Assembly: GCF_003918875.1 (NCBI RefSeq)
Contig: NW_025767308.1
Span: 62,001 to 126,000 of the forward strand
Source of the DNA: Haliotis rubra
Lineage: Eukaryota
Length of the DNA: 64,000 nt
Reading direction: 5' to 3'
Both the position numbers and the translations under genes were made by a program. The notes below the pieces were generated by a model. The model worked only from the letters and a program-made list of their open reading frames with translations, searched no databases and was not told where the DNA came from. This document shows positions 12,859-25,394 of the stretch, piece by piece; position 1 is the stretch's first letter; the number at the start of each line of letters is the position of its first letter.

Positions 12859-14647
12859 ATTCTACCATGACTTCAGTAAACACTGGATTGTGATTGGTTA
12901 ATTAAAGTCATTCAGAGGTATATAATCACGTTATACTGGTCTCTGATTTTCCGTGCGCAATTATACATGGTTTACGGTAATGCACTATTTTTGTCTGCCC
13001 ACCAACATGGCGGACACCAAACAACCTACCGATGCATCGATAAATTACGGCGATTTTGCTGTCGGAAATTACACATATGTCTTTAAAGATGGATTTAGCG
13101 ATGACGGGCTCGACTCACTACTTGCGTAAATCACAGCAATAGGTGTTTATACATACAAAAGTACTTCGAAAGCATGGAAACAAATATTCAGTCGAACAAG
13201 ATCAAAACATCGTCTGCTTTCCGAATAAAAAATCAGCAAGAACAAATATGTTTACGTTGATTCTATGTTATGTCAGAATAGATCCAGCAATAGACTGCTA
13301 CATAATTTCCGTGTTAAATTTATTATCAGCTTTCGTCAACGATATCGCCACTGATCTTGATCCGGTAACGGAGGATGCATTAACATCGAACGCCGAAGAA
13401 ATTTGAATCCCTTCCGTCCACATAAATAAACAGTTGGGTTATCAGTTCAAACAAAATGATATTTTGAAATTTGTACTGTTTCAAATTTAGCGGTAGTAAT
13501 TACAGAATCTGCAAACCGTTCTGTTTAGCCCAACATATTTTTTTCTAAAAGTATAATATCGTTGAAAAAGTTATTTAGCTTAGTCATGATCCCTCTTATC
13601 CATTACACTGCTTGATCTAAAGTAGTCTATTAAAGTATAATTAATTACCTTACCGTGTTTATGCCAGAGGTACACCCTCATGTCCTGTTCCATCCTTTCG
13701 GAAATATCACCACAAATCTGGCTCTTTGTCAACAGCCTCGCGAACATGCCAGCGAATCCGATTCAATTTGAATTCACTACACTTTGAAGCCACTAGGTCA
13801 CAAAACACTTTCCAAAATGTAAAAAATAATATCCGTAGAATCGAATTTGAGCACAAAGTACACACATGAGTGTGTAAGGGTCACCACAGCTGTCGCACGC
13901 AGACGTAGAGGTGCGTGAAATCGTCAAGTTGACAGGGCGCAAAATTCAACAGTATCTAAATTCGGTACAACACGGACTTCTCGTTACAGCAAAAGCGCCT
14001 CTACTCTTAAATTTTGTACCAGTACCAGTAATTAGATATCAAAGACTATCTCAGTCATACAATCAGGTTAACCTTGCGCAAACTGTCAGAGGCTCTCCTG
14101 TCGCATCTTTCCAAATTTGCACGTAAATGTAAACAATGACTTCCGAGAAAAGGTCAAGGCCATGAGGTTGCTGCCATTATTCTGGTGGGGAAAGGGTCTA
14201 CGGTGGAATTTTCAAATGTGAACCAAGCTTTTTAAACTTATTTGATATATGTTTTCCAACTTATCAGTTAATGATCGATGATTAATGCATTGAAAAAACA
14301 AACCGTGATTTGTTATTACTGAATCTGGAGTTTGTTAGTTATTGACGGTCTGCCACCAATCACCCCGTTTCGGGCGATGCCACTTGAGATTGGAATGCGA
14401 GGCCGCTTCACGTATTGACTCATAACCAAAGAAAGAGTTCCACCTGAAATTGTTCATAAAATAGTCATGGTAGAATGGAGATAAACCTACTGTGTTGGAA
14501 AATCAGAGGTATATAACGAAATTATAATAGCTCTAAATTGTTCATTTAAAACCTCACGCTACGCGTTCGGTTTTAAATGAAATTTAGAGCTATTATAATT
14601 TCAGGTGTTATATACCTCTGATTTTCCCACACAGTAGGTTTATCTCC
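12859..14647. mobile_element. Second palindrome-ended non-autonomous element
   Basis: attctaccatgact (12859-12872) is inverted relative to 14463-14476, which is followed directly by a ~170-bp palindrome at 14477-14647. Confidence 0.6.
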
Positions 14648-15809
14648 TAATTTGTGCTAAATATAGTCTCAAAGATGCTCCCCCGTCCCACTCTGAAGAG
14701 AAAAATTGGTTTAACCGATGTCCGTTCGTGAAATCAAGTTTTGCTTTGTGGCAGTTGTACAACTGTTGGAATTAACACATACTATCTATTCAAATTAATT
14801 CAGCTGAAGTCACTTGCATATATTATTCTACTCAAAGTTTGTTGAGATTCACAGATTGAGCAATTCATATTCTGTGAGTGAGTGAGTGAGTTTAGTTTTA
14901 CCCGGATCTTCACGGGTATCACATTCTGTGCATCTGTCGAATAGCAAAGGAAAAACTTTCGTGAGATAGGTTAAAGAAACAAGGACATGTACATGTATGT
15001 TCCACAAGGACATGTACATGTAAACAATTATCACTCAGATCACCTTTAAAAGTAAACGTGTTTACTCCCACATCCTTTCATCGCCAGGAATAGGTGTCAG
15101 GAAGGATGGCTGTTCGACACGTCAGTGAGAACTTTGACGAGTTCTGGTGAAATCGTCGGATGGACAGGGCATTGTTAGAGGGTGACCTGCAGAGTATTCA
15201 ACATGTGTTCAGTAGAGCTGATGTCTGATGACAGGACTGGACACTCCATGGGGCAATGGTCTCCTGCTCTGAGTATGTATTAACGACCCTAGCACGTTCA
15301 GGTAGTTCGTTTTCGTTCGAGTGACTACACACCCAGATGTTAATTCTGTAGTGCACAGGTATCCTCGTGCCTACTGTAGAACTGGTGATCGGTTGTTCCA
15401 GCCCTACTGACACCTCACTAAATCACGACTGATACCCCAATACTGCTACCATACTATATTATGACATACTTGGTAGATCGGAGTTATACTGTTCTGTCTC
15501 TGTTTATGTACATCTGTCCACGTAATCACCAAATGGATTTGTGTGTTCATTGTGAAAATATATTGCTTATTTGCTTTGCGAAATATTCACTATTAAATAT
15601 ATATTCGACAAAGATGACAAGCGTAACCAACATGATTTGAATTCCCTTACAGTAAATGTGCATGTGGAACTTTATCTTGTGAAGTAATATGAATATAAAG
15701 CAAATAACAAGGACGCCCTGTCTCAAAGCAAAGTAATGCTCTGCCCTGAACGTCGTGTTTGTGTGTCCGCTTCTGAAACTCATGGCATGATGTTGACTTT
15801 GCGGGTATT

Positions 15810-16677
15810 TCATTCGTCAGGACCTGAAATGTACAGAAGTCAAGGTAATTAAACATACAAATATCATGTCAACTGAACATATCACATTAAGTAAACGTAT
15901 TAAACTCGAACAGAAGGGGAAGCATATGCTTTGGGTTACTACTGTTAAAACATTTAAGAGTTGATCCATGACGATGTAATGCAACTAGAATCATCAGGAG
16001 TGTTTTATGGTTTGGTTACCTCGAGAATGTGCCCCAATGTTCTGGTATGGCGATGCCCTGATGGACTCGTAGGTCACAGGGGGAGTCTCTGTCACGCCCT
16101 CATAGGTACTTGTATCTGCTGCAGCATCCACTGAAGATAAGATTAATTACATAATTCATCAACAAATACAAATTATACCTCAATTCTTTGTACTGGCTAT
16201 CCCACAAGCTGACAATACATCCATGTGAAAACATGAGATTAAACAATATGAAGCAAACTGCCCCTACCTTTTGTGTTGTCATAAATCTTCAACTGTGTGT
16301 ACTGTTGTTTTTCTGATTCCTCCTCCACATTTAAATACTGCGCTGGAGCCGTGATCAGATCTGAAACACATTGTACTGGTTTAGTGCTAACAGGTCCAGA
16401 GATGGTTGTACTATCAACTAGAGGGGAACATCCAACACCAAGTACATACCTAGAGATGAATATCCTCTGTTGTCCATTTCCACAGGTTCAGGATAGCTAG
16501 AGCTGCAAACCAGTATCAGGTCAGGTTTGAAATAAAACAATCGGGTGATAAACATCATAATATACAAAGTAATATTTTTTTTAGTTAACCTATTGTAAGT
16601 TACTACCTAATTTCGTAGTTTTACATGTAATGTTTCATCGAACTATATTGACATGGATTACCTTTTTTGTGCAGCTC
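15810..16677 (-). CDS. Gene C cytoplasmic exons
   Basis: GYSSL, YLNV-x8-YTQL, IYDN, STYEGV, VTYESI, SPYQNI, GPDE*. Confidence 0.85.
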
Positions 16678-19600
16678 CTGGAAAACAGGAATAGTAAAAA
16701 TGTCATTAGAGTGTGAAACACACTTCACAAATATCAACTTGTCACATCATCAACGAAATGGAGAGAGACAAATGCCTTTTCTGTAAATTACTGTGGATGG
16801 AAACTAGAAAAATACATACGTTGTACTTATACTGTGTACCTTTAAGAATGTTTGTAACTCTGTACCCCTTTCGGTACAGCACAATTAGAACAATCCCTCC
16901 AATGAGCAGCGTAAAAAGAATGCCTCCTACTGTCGCTCCTGCTAATACCCCTGTACTGATACATGAAGCTTCGAGCTTTTCCTGGTCTGGTGGATCTATA
17001 ATGTAATAACAGCATAAAATATGACTGTGAATTGTGTGCATTTGTGGTTCAACTGAGCCCTGTACAATATTCTAGTGACAAGCACAAGCCCCGCACAAGT
17101 CATTAGTGTGTGTACCAAGCTAACACACAACGTTTTCTCGGCGTTTCCGGTTGTACATTGGTAACGTCATGATACAACGTTGTCGCAACATTAGTATGAC
17201 GTCATTGTATAACGTTATTTCACACCGTTACAGTACCATTACATACATACGTTGTCTAACGTTTCTGCAGACGTAAAAGAACAAGGTAGTGCATTATTTT
17301 CTATTTTCTTTCATTCCACTTTGGGATTTCCATCCCATTAATATACTAAAGTCACAGAGACGTAATTTCCATTCTTTCTGACCACGTTATTATCAAATCA
17401 CTGTGCAACCTTGTGTCACAACGTAATAACACCGTTGCAAGTTTACGTTGAGGAAACGTTATGCATTGGGCTCCTCACAAGTATGATAACAACGTTTGTT
17501 ACAACTTGGTGTCACGACAGAGTTTTCTGTAAAACCCTTAGGATAAAATTCACTTTTGAGATTCGGTCTTCACTATTCATCTGTAGATGATGCGGTGGGT
17601 TGTAATATAAATACACCTTGCAAGCGGTGGGTTGTAATATATGGACGAGACAATGACAGCATGACTTGATGGGAACCGATGACATGCATCAACCGATCCC
17701 GTTAGTCGCCTTACGACAAGCATAGTCGCCTTGTATGGCAAGCACAGAGTCTGACCACCAGAACCAGTTAGTCACCGTTTACAACAAGCAGGGGTCAATG
17801 AGGACCAGTCCTTCCCCAGTTCCCCAAGGGGTTCATTCCCAGTGTTATTCACGCCCATCCTCATCACATCAAACCCCGACATAAATGTTAACTGTAAATA
17901 CAAAGATTTGCGAAAACGTTGATTGTGCATATTCATATTTACGCCCTAATATCTGATGATGAATTGATATCTTCACACGAAAACGTTCCAAACTTTAACA
18001 TTAATTATACTTAGTGTAAATAATTATATTTATTCAGATATAGAGTCAATTACGTTCCCTTTGTGAAACACGAAGTGCATTAGCCTACAAGGACTCTGAA
18101 ATTACTCTTGTTCTTTTATCTGAATATGTACCCAAATAAGAAATTGTTCATGAAAGCTATCCATTTATTTCATTCAGATGCAGTTACCAAGTTGTCCATG
18201 AGATACTAAGAGTAACCAGTGAGTGATTCTCGCCAAGATACACTTACCACCAGCAGTCCCAGCTTCTACCAATACATTTCCATCAGAATCCCCGTAGTCA
18301 TTTCTAGCTTGTAGTCGGAATATGTAAGTCTCTCCAGGTAAAAGCCCCGTCACTTCTAACACCATCATCTCGCCCCTGTCATTATAAGATTTATACACAG
18401 TCCACGGTAGATACTCAATTAGAAACATCTGAGTGCGTCCAACATTGAACCCAGGCAGCCACGACAACCATATTGACGACGTTGTTGCATTATCCAGATA
18501 TCGAAACTGTACAGGTGTCTCTGGTGGCCCTTACAAGAAATAAACATAGAAAATGTAATTATAGAAATTGTAATTCCATTGGTTGAAAAGTTCAAATGAA
18601 AAATGAGGACAATTGTTATGTATATACAACTCATTCTTGCTTGACAACATTAGAATCTATGTCGATCATAACGCCACCTATACAGAATAAAGAAGTTGTA
18701 TATCCACAAAAAATGTCGTCATACTCTGCAACTTCTAGAGTACCAATCAAACAAGTCCAAATGAAGGTAAATGACAGAAAAAAATGAAAAAAGTGGAATC
18801 CGGTAAGCTTCAATGGTAAATCTGAAAGCATAACACCTACAGCCACTACGCTGACAATGTATGTGACTGGACTCCCCACGCCATTGCCCACTGTCAGACT
18901 GTAGTCCCCGAAGTCCTGCTGTTGGAGTTTAGTAAGGTGTAGTCTGGCAGTGACTGAGATGTCTGAGACAGGGCTGGAGGAACTAGTGAGGTCCTGGCTG
19001 GTGCTGATGGATCTACTCCAGGTGAATGTAGGAAGAAGGATGGGCCAGGACTGACACAGACACAGTCACGTCACCACCGAGTGTAGCGGCGAACTTGAGT
19101 TGCTGGGACACTGAGTCAACAAGTCGTGGAGAACCTGGTATATGTACAACAGCATAATGGCTATTCAAGACTCAGTAATGTGTCACATAGGGAAAGGCCG
19201 TACTTACAGTCGGTAATGAGTGAGTGAGTTTAGTTTTACACCGCCATTATCAATATTCCAGCAATATCACTGCGGGGGAACAATAGAAATGGGCTCCACA
19301 CATTGCAACCATGTGGGCAGTAATTCGAATGATAAAATGTCGATTTTAGAGAACTACCATAAAATAGTAACAGAAGTTCTGGTCATCCAGATTGTGGCCC
19401 TTTTTAGATTTTTAGCATGTCTGTATGCGTTTACATATAGCAGAGAGTACTACATTGCAAGATCAAAAGAATACTTGAACGAGATGTTGATTGTAATACC
19501 AAATGTAACATATTTACGCTAAATTATAACCTAAATAAACTACAATACACATACAATGGTCAAATAAATATTACATTTAACCAGCAGCTCCACCCTCTGG

Positions 19601-22600
19601 GTGGCAGGTGCCCCGATGTTGTTAGTGGCAGTACAGGAGTAGTTCCCTCTTTGTCTACAGTCTGCTGACTCCAGTCTGTATGTTGCTGTCAGGGAGTTAT
19701 CTGCCCTTGTCAGCTCCTCAGATCCATTCAGTAACCTGATGACTGACTTTGGATTACTGTCAACCTGGCAGCTCAGTGTCACTGTATCAGACTCGTTGAC
19801 TGTCACTGAGCCACTTTCAGAGTTGGCGGTAAACGTCCGTATGCTTGCTCGGTCTGAAAGAAACATCAACTGTGTGTGTGTTTATGTAATATTCATTGAT
19901 TTTCATTGACGTTGTTTGTTTATGATTTCAATAATTCCAACAATACAAAGTATGGTGTAGCCTATGACATGTAGTTTCATCGTTGATGTAAAAAAATGAT
20001 ATCTGAAGCTGTCATCTTGGCATTGCCACATTTCATCTGTGTACACGGCAGGGCATCATATGCACTCAGACATTTTTTGTAACATTCCTTCGAACATTTC
20101 TGTGACGATGTGATTACGGGAAATCCACCATGTCGACAAACTAATCCCTTCTGATAAATTATTTAGTTGCGTGATTATATAAGTGTTTCTCTGACTAAAC
20201 CGTGAAGTTTAGAGGAATGAAATACCTTCATGTTAAGCATTACTCAAGCGGCCGCATCCTTTGGTGTCATGTCACAGCTTCTGAGGTACAATCAAGCATG
20301 ACCTTTCTATAGCGACCCTTATGAGCCTCAACGTTGTTTGAACAAGGTGACAACGTTCAATGCCTTATTAAAAGTTTCTAAACGTTTTCAGGTAGGCATG
20401 TGGAGGTTTTTCCACATTTGCCGCATCTGTCGCAGATATGATGGTTAATGGCATTCCATGTTTTTTGACGGTTAACGTGTTCCCGAGCTTGTTTTCCAGC
20501 TTACACTTGGTATCGCTATTTGAGGGTGATTCATAAACGGATGATACATCCGGAATCTTACAAGCAACTCAGCTTTGAATGTGGGAAAGGTTTTTGGTTA
20601 ATTATTCATGTATGATATCACATTGCTGTCACAAATTCACACACACGCACGTTAGATATATAAAATCAAATTTGTGTTTGAAGGCCACGACGCCTAATAC
20701 AAGAAAGTGGCTTCACACGTTGCACTCGTGTGGGGAATTGAACCCGGGCATTCGACGTGACCAGCGGGGCCTTGTGCTGATAGGCTACCCAGTCACCCTG
20801 GTGGTATAAAGAAATGGTCAGCTGTATGCAACACCTCATGTACACCTTACATTAATATTTAGGGTATTCGTGTATTAGTGGATTTTGTCAATGTTAATAA
20901 ACAATAGCTCAGAGGTCAGCTGGAACACATACATACTGTTTAATTAACTTCTTTTAGAGGCTCACTTTAGAAATGCTTCACCATTCGCCGGACATATATT
21001 TACATACCAAAAAATGTCGTTTGCATGGTTGATAGCTGGGGACGATCATGACAAGATGTGAATAATTTCAATAGTGAATGAATTGTTTTGTGCCATTATA
21101 TACCGAGGTTCACTCATACGAAAAATGTGATAGAAGGCTATTCCTGGTTTTCATTGATCAATGATAGATTCAACTGTATTGACGGAACTGATAATTTATT
21201 GTAATGGGCCAACTTAACTAATATTGTCAACGTGATTGCACGTATACGTCAATAGAGCATATCTGTTTAGTAATTAACATTCAATATATATTTATATAAC
21301 ATATAACTGAAAGCAAACAATAGCATTCTTCTAAACCAGCTGCCCACACTATTCCCAGCAGTTGCAATATGGCGCGCGGCATAATGGGTAATGCAACTGG
21401 TAGCTAGGATGAGATAGATAGTGACGTCGTCGCAGTCACACCTTGCATACTGAAACTAAACATGTTCAAAGAGTTGGTGATGTTAATTGTGATACGGTCA
21501 TACCTCACAGAAGTAGACTTTGGTCCCCTGTCAAAACCCAAATACAGCTCCAGTAGAACAGTAGCTAGTCCTGTACCGCCCCAGTAGAACGGAAGATCCG
21601 CCATATGACTATAGTCTATTTTTCAAGGTAGAGAACGAATACTGTTAAGAATTGTCTAGCACCAGCTACTCACATTGCACATCTACACTGACTGAGTCTG
21701 AATCTGATCCCTGAGTGTTGCTGGCAGTACATGTGTAGTCTCCTCCCTGACTCCTGCTGATGTTTCTTCTGTCAAGTACAGACCCAGTACTGACAGGAGA
21801 TCCACCATAGGTCCATGTGTAGCTTGTTGTTGGAGGGTTGCCTGGTGTGGTGTAAGTGCTACAGTCTATCCTGAGGTTAGAGATCTCTGTGACAGTCTGT
21901 GTTGGTGGTAGTCCAGATATAGACGGTGGATTTAAAGATTACAAATCAATTTGCTAAATTCAGTTGACGATAGTTAACTTTTGTGTCTCCAGATTTTGTG
22001 GCTATATTAGATCAGAATGTGCAACATGTTACCTGTACAGAAATGTGTATATGCTGAAACTGTACAATCACAGCAACAGACAGTGTTAGATATAGGTGAA
22101 GGTATCGGGGTAACTTACATTGTACATTTACACTGACTGAGCCTGAATCTGATCCCTGACTGTTGCTGGCAGTACAGGTGTAGTCTCCTCCCTGACTCCT
22201 GCTGATGTTCCTTCTGTCAAGTACAGCCCCAGTACTGACAGTAGAACCACCATAGGTCCATGTGTAGCTTGTTGTTGGAGGGTTGCCTGGTGTGGTGTAG
22301 GTGCTACAGTCTATCCTGAGGTCAGAGAACTCTGTGACGGCCTGTGTTGGCTGTAGTCCAGATATGGAAGGAGGGTCTGAAATAAATAGTCAGTGAATTG
22401 TTGTTAAATACGTTTGTGCACTAACTGAGACTAAGCCTGATCCCCGACTGTTGATGGCAGCATAGTGGTAGCTTCCTTCTGATGTAGGTACTACTATATA
22501 TCAAGAAACGGGATGACTCAATCACTGTGTAGGTAGAAGAGTGAGGCTGTATATTGATGACAGCGCAGAGAAGCTTCCAACCTGGTGTAGGTACTAATGT

Positions 22601-25394
22601 ATATCAACAATTTACCTAAAACCTATTGTATCAAAACAAGTAAAGCAAAATTCAAATTCCTCATGTCATCATCAGATTGTAAACTTATAAATAACTTAGC
22701 TAGCTTTATCTATAATGCAATGTATCTAAGATGTTAAAAAGTATCAATCTATACTGTACACACCATGTTTTGCCATGTAAATGTAACCTATGTAGTTATG
22801 GGCCGATGACCTACACTTCTGTAATAAAGAATTGATATATCAGGGAACGGGATGACTCCTTCCTTGTGTAGGTGGAAGGGAGGTCAGATGTTTATGTGTA
22901 CAAGTATACATTCCATATGCTGTATGCTTAAATCACGTCTAGTTCAAAAGTTCACATTGATTTTAATGTTGAAGAATTATGTTTTTTTTCAAAAACATAT
23001 TAATGAAAACACAGGTCAATGCCTTATGATAAATATACATCTGACATGAGACAACGTGTGTGTAATTTCATTTTAAATTGCTTCTTAAAAATATGTGTTG
23101 ATGCACGAAAGGTGTTATAGTTTACACGTCATAAACAAACTCTGAAGCAATGCCTGTGGATTCTTAAGGGCTGATATCTATAATTCAGAAAGGTATCTAT
23201 ATGGGAGTAATTTGACTGAATCAAATCCGGTGTATAATGCTTGCTGAAGGGAAGACGTGGGGGTTCTACGTTTGAGTTCCGTAACCCGTACATGTGTCAA
23301 TTTAAATAATATTTACAACATATCTGTGTTTAATCATCTGCACTCAGTTGGTATACATAGTGTATCCATTATTTTATGGAGCTTATCATTGGATCATATT
23401 ATCAGGAAAACAAAGGAAGGTAATGAATAAAGGTATCATAATCCATCATACATTTCTGTCCAAGCAGACTGGATTGTACGGTTCCGATGATATCATGAGC
23501 ATCTGTTTATGAATCATTATCACATGTTTATGAATCATTATCAAACGTGTAGAATATATGTGTATACTTCTTAGTGTACAGCACTTGAACGTATCAGTAT
23601 ATGCCACACTGAAACGTATATGCTGGAATCAATATATTACAAAGAAATGAAGACTTTCGTTCGTGTCAAGTTGGAACTTGCTTTTTTATACATACGCACA
23701 GTGCACTGCACTTTATAAAGTGTATAGACCAAGTATTAGATTATGTCACACATTTAAAAAAAACATGTTATACTGATGAAACAGGCAATCATTTTATAAG
23801 TCATGTTGTTGGTTTGCATGCATACATACTCAACACAGAGGCAGTGACATCAGCATAACCAGACCCTGGCAGCAACAACACTTCACACCTGTAGGTCCCG
23901 GCATAGCTGGAGGTCTCGGGTTATCCTTCATTCACTAAAATGGCTGTCAAATACTTACTCAACACAGAGGCAGTGAAATCAGCATAACCAGACTCTGTCA
24001 GTCCAGTCACTGCACACCTGTAGATCCCGGCATAGCTGGAGGTCACGTGACTGGCAGGCAGCTGGATGTCGACGGAGGAGGTGTAGTCACCAACAAACAC
24101 GCCCTTGCTCTGCCAGGAGTCCAGGAACACAGCTGTCTGAGCAGTCACTGATCCACTGACTATGTTCACTGTAGAGCTGCCCTCCACCCTCCTCCATGCG
24201 AACACAATAGCAGCATCCCCAGGTGTCACAGTGTAGCTGCATCTCAATGTCAGAGCCTGCTGGTTGGGTATCCCTGTACCTCCTGACCCTGATACAGTCA
24301 CTGCTCCCTCAACACCTGGAAATAAGTAACAACATCACCAGGTGTCACAGTGTAGCTGCATCTCAGTGTCAGAGCCTGCTGGTTGGGTATCCCTGTACCT
24401 CCTGACCCTGATACAGTCACTGCTCCCCCAACACCTGGAAATAAGTAACAATATCACCAGGTGTCACAGTGTAGCTGCATCTCAGTGTCAGAGTCTGCTT
24501 GTTGGGTATCCCTGTACCTCCTGACCCTGATACAGTCACTGCTCCCCCAACACCTGGAAATAAGTAACAATATCCCCAGGTGTCACAGTGTCACAGTGTA
24601 GCTGCATCTCAGTGTCAGAGCCTGCTGGTTGGGTATCCCTGTACCTCCTGACCCTGATACAGTCACTGCTCCCCCAACACCTGGAAATAAGTAACAATAT
24701 CACCAGGTGTCACAGTGTAGCTGCATCTCAGTGTCAGAGCCTGCTGGTTGGGTATCCCTGTACCTCCTGACCCTGATACAGTCACTGCTCCCCCAACACC
24801 TGGAAATAAGTAACAATATCACCAGGTGTCACAGTGTAGCTGCATCTCAGTGTCAGAGCCTGCTGGTTGGGTATCCCTGTACCTCCTGACCCTGATACAG
24901 TCACTGCTCCCCCAACACCTGGAAATAAGTAACAATATCACCAGGTGTCGCAGTGTAGCTGCATCTCAGTGTCAGAGCCTGCTGGTTGGGTATCCCTGTA
25001 CCTCCTGACACTGATACACTCACTGCTCCCCCAACACCTGACAATGAGGAATAGGTGCCAGGTCTCTGGCGGGCACATATATCTAGCTGATAAATGAGGG
25101 ATCACAGTCTAGGCAAATCTTTATATTTTACACTTCTTTATTAAACCCCGAAAACCATTCCATCGATATCAATATCTTCCCTCACCGTTTACGTTGGTCC
25201 TGCCCTCGATACTAGTACGCACTATGTACGTCTGTGAAAATGATACATGTTGAGTAGTAGATGCAGGAAGTATTTAATTAAGAAATAGATTTTGTTTGCT
25301 AATACTCATAGATAATCTTTACTCTAAAGCCTTATTTACCTTTCAACAGGACAACTGCAAACACAGATGTTGCTATAATACGAAGGAACGCCAT
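15810..25394 (-). CDS. Gene C: IgSF receptor (leader, V, 3-4 Ig, FN3, TM, tyrosine-motif tail); one +1 frameshift
   Basis: Exons 25340-25394, 23959-24315, 22119-22376, (21674-21931), 19575-19853, 18837-19134 (298 nt), 18248-18529, 16840-16995, 16662-16677, 16450-16502, 16268-16360, 16020-16130, 15810-15823. Confidence 0.8.
16840..16995 (-). CDS. Gene C transmembrane exon
   Basis: 156 nt; GVLAGATVGGILFTLLIGGIVLIVLYRKG. Confidence 0.9.
17090..17580. repeat. Intronic repeat shared with gene D (32920-33480)
   Basis: Alignable taacacacaacgttttctc...aaattcacttt(t)gagattcggtcttcactattca in the same FN3-TM intron of C and D. Confidence 0.7.
18248..18529 (-). CDS. Gene C fibronectin type III exon
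   Basis: 282 nt; PPETP..LSWLPGFN..GLLPGETYIFRLQARNDYGDS; 15-nt in-frame deletion relative to paralogs. Confidence 0.9.
18837..19134 (-). CDS. Gene C membrane-proximal Ig exon, frameshifted
   Basis: 298 nt versus 297 in D and F; extra base near 19036. Confidence 0.8.
19218..19330 (-). mobile_element. SINE 3' fragment
   Basis: gagtgagtgagtttagtttt...ttccagcaatatcac matches the 3' end of the SINEs at 59615-59777 and 28665-28783. Confidence 0.7.
19575..19853 (-). CDS. Gene C Ig exon
   Basis: 279 nt; TLSCQVDSNP...GNYSCTATN. Confidence 0.9.
21674..21931 (-). pseudogene. Duplicate of the gene C Ig2 exon with a mutated acceptor
   Basis: 258 nt, open and closely similar to 22119-22376; preceded by ctttaa instead of ...AG; donor gtgagt intact. 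Confidence 0.75.
22119..22376 (-). CDS. Gene C Ig2 exon
   Basis: 258 nt; RIDC..PGNPPTTSYTW..GGDYTCTASN; absent from the ORF track. Confidence 0.9.
23830..23914 (-). other. Partial V cassette (F-G strands plus donor) with a different FG loop
   Basis: TSSYAGTYRCEVLLLPGSGYADVTASVL|gtatgt versus main exon TSSYAGIYRCAVTGLTESGYADFTASVL|gtaagt. Confidence 0.85.
23959..24315 (-). CDS. Gene C V-set exon (canonical Cys, Trp, Cys)
   Basis: 357 nt; LTLRCSY..FAW..YAGIYRC. Confidence 0.9.
24220..25040 (-). repeat. 119-bp tandem array of the V-exon 5' end and acceptor (7 copies)
   Basis: cag|GTGTTG at 24315, 24434, 24553, 24680, 24799, 24918 and 25037; one unit is 127 bp. Confidence 0.95.
25340..25394 (-). 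CDS. Gene C signal-peptide exon
   Basis: MAFLRIIATSVFAVVLLK+G; 55 nt, phase 1. Confidence 0.8.

Noticed and set aside
24223-25008. Five near-identical 60-aa plus-strand ORFs, or a CRISPR-like array
   Set aside because: They are antisense by-products of the 119-bp repeat; there are no unique spacers and the context is eukaryotic.
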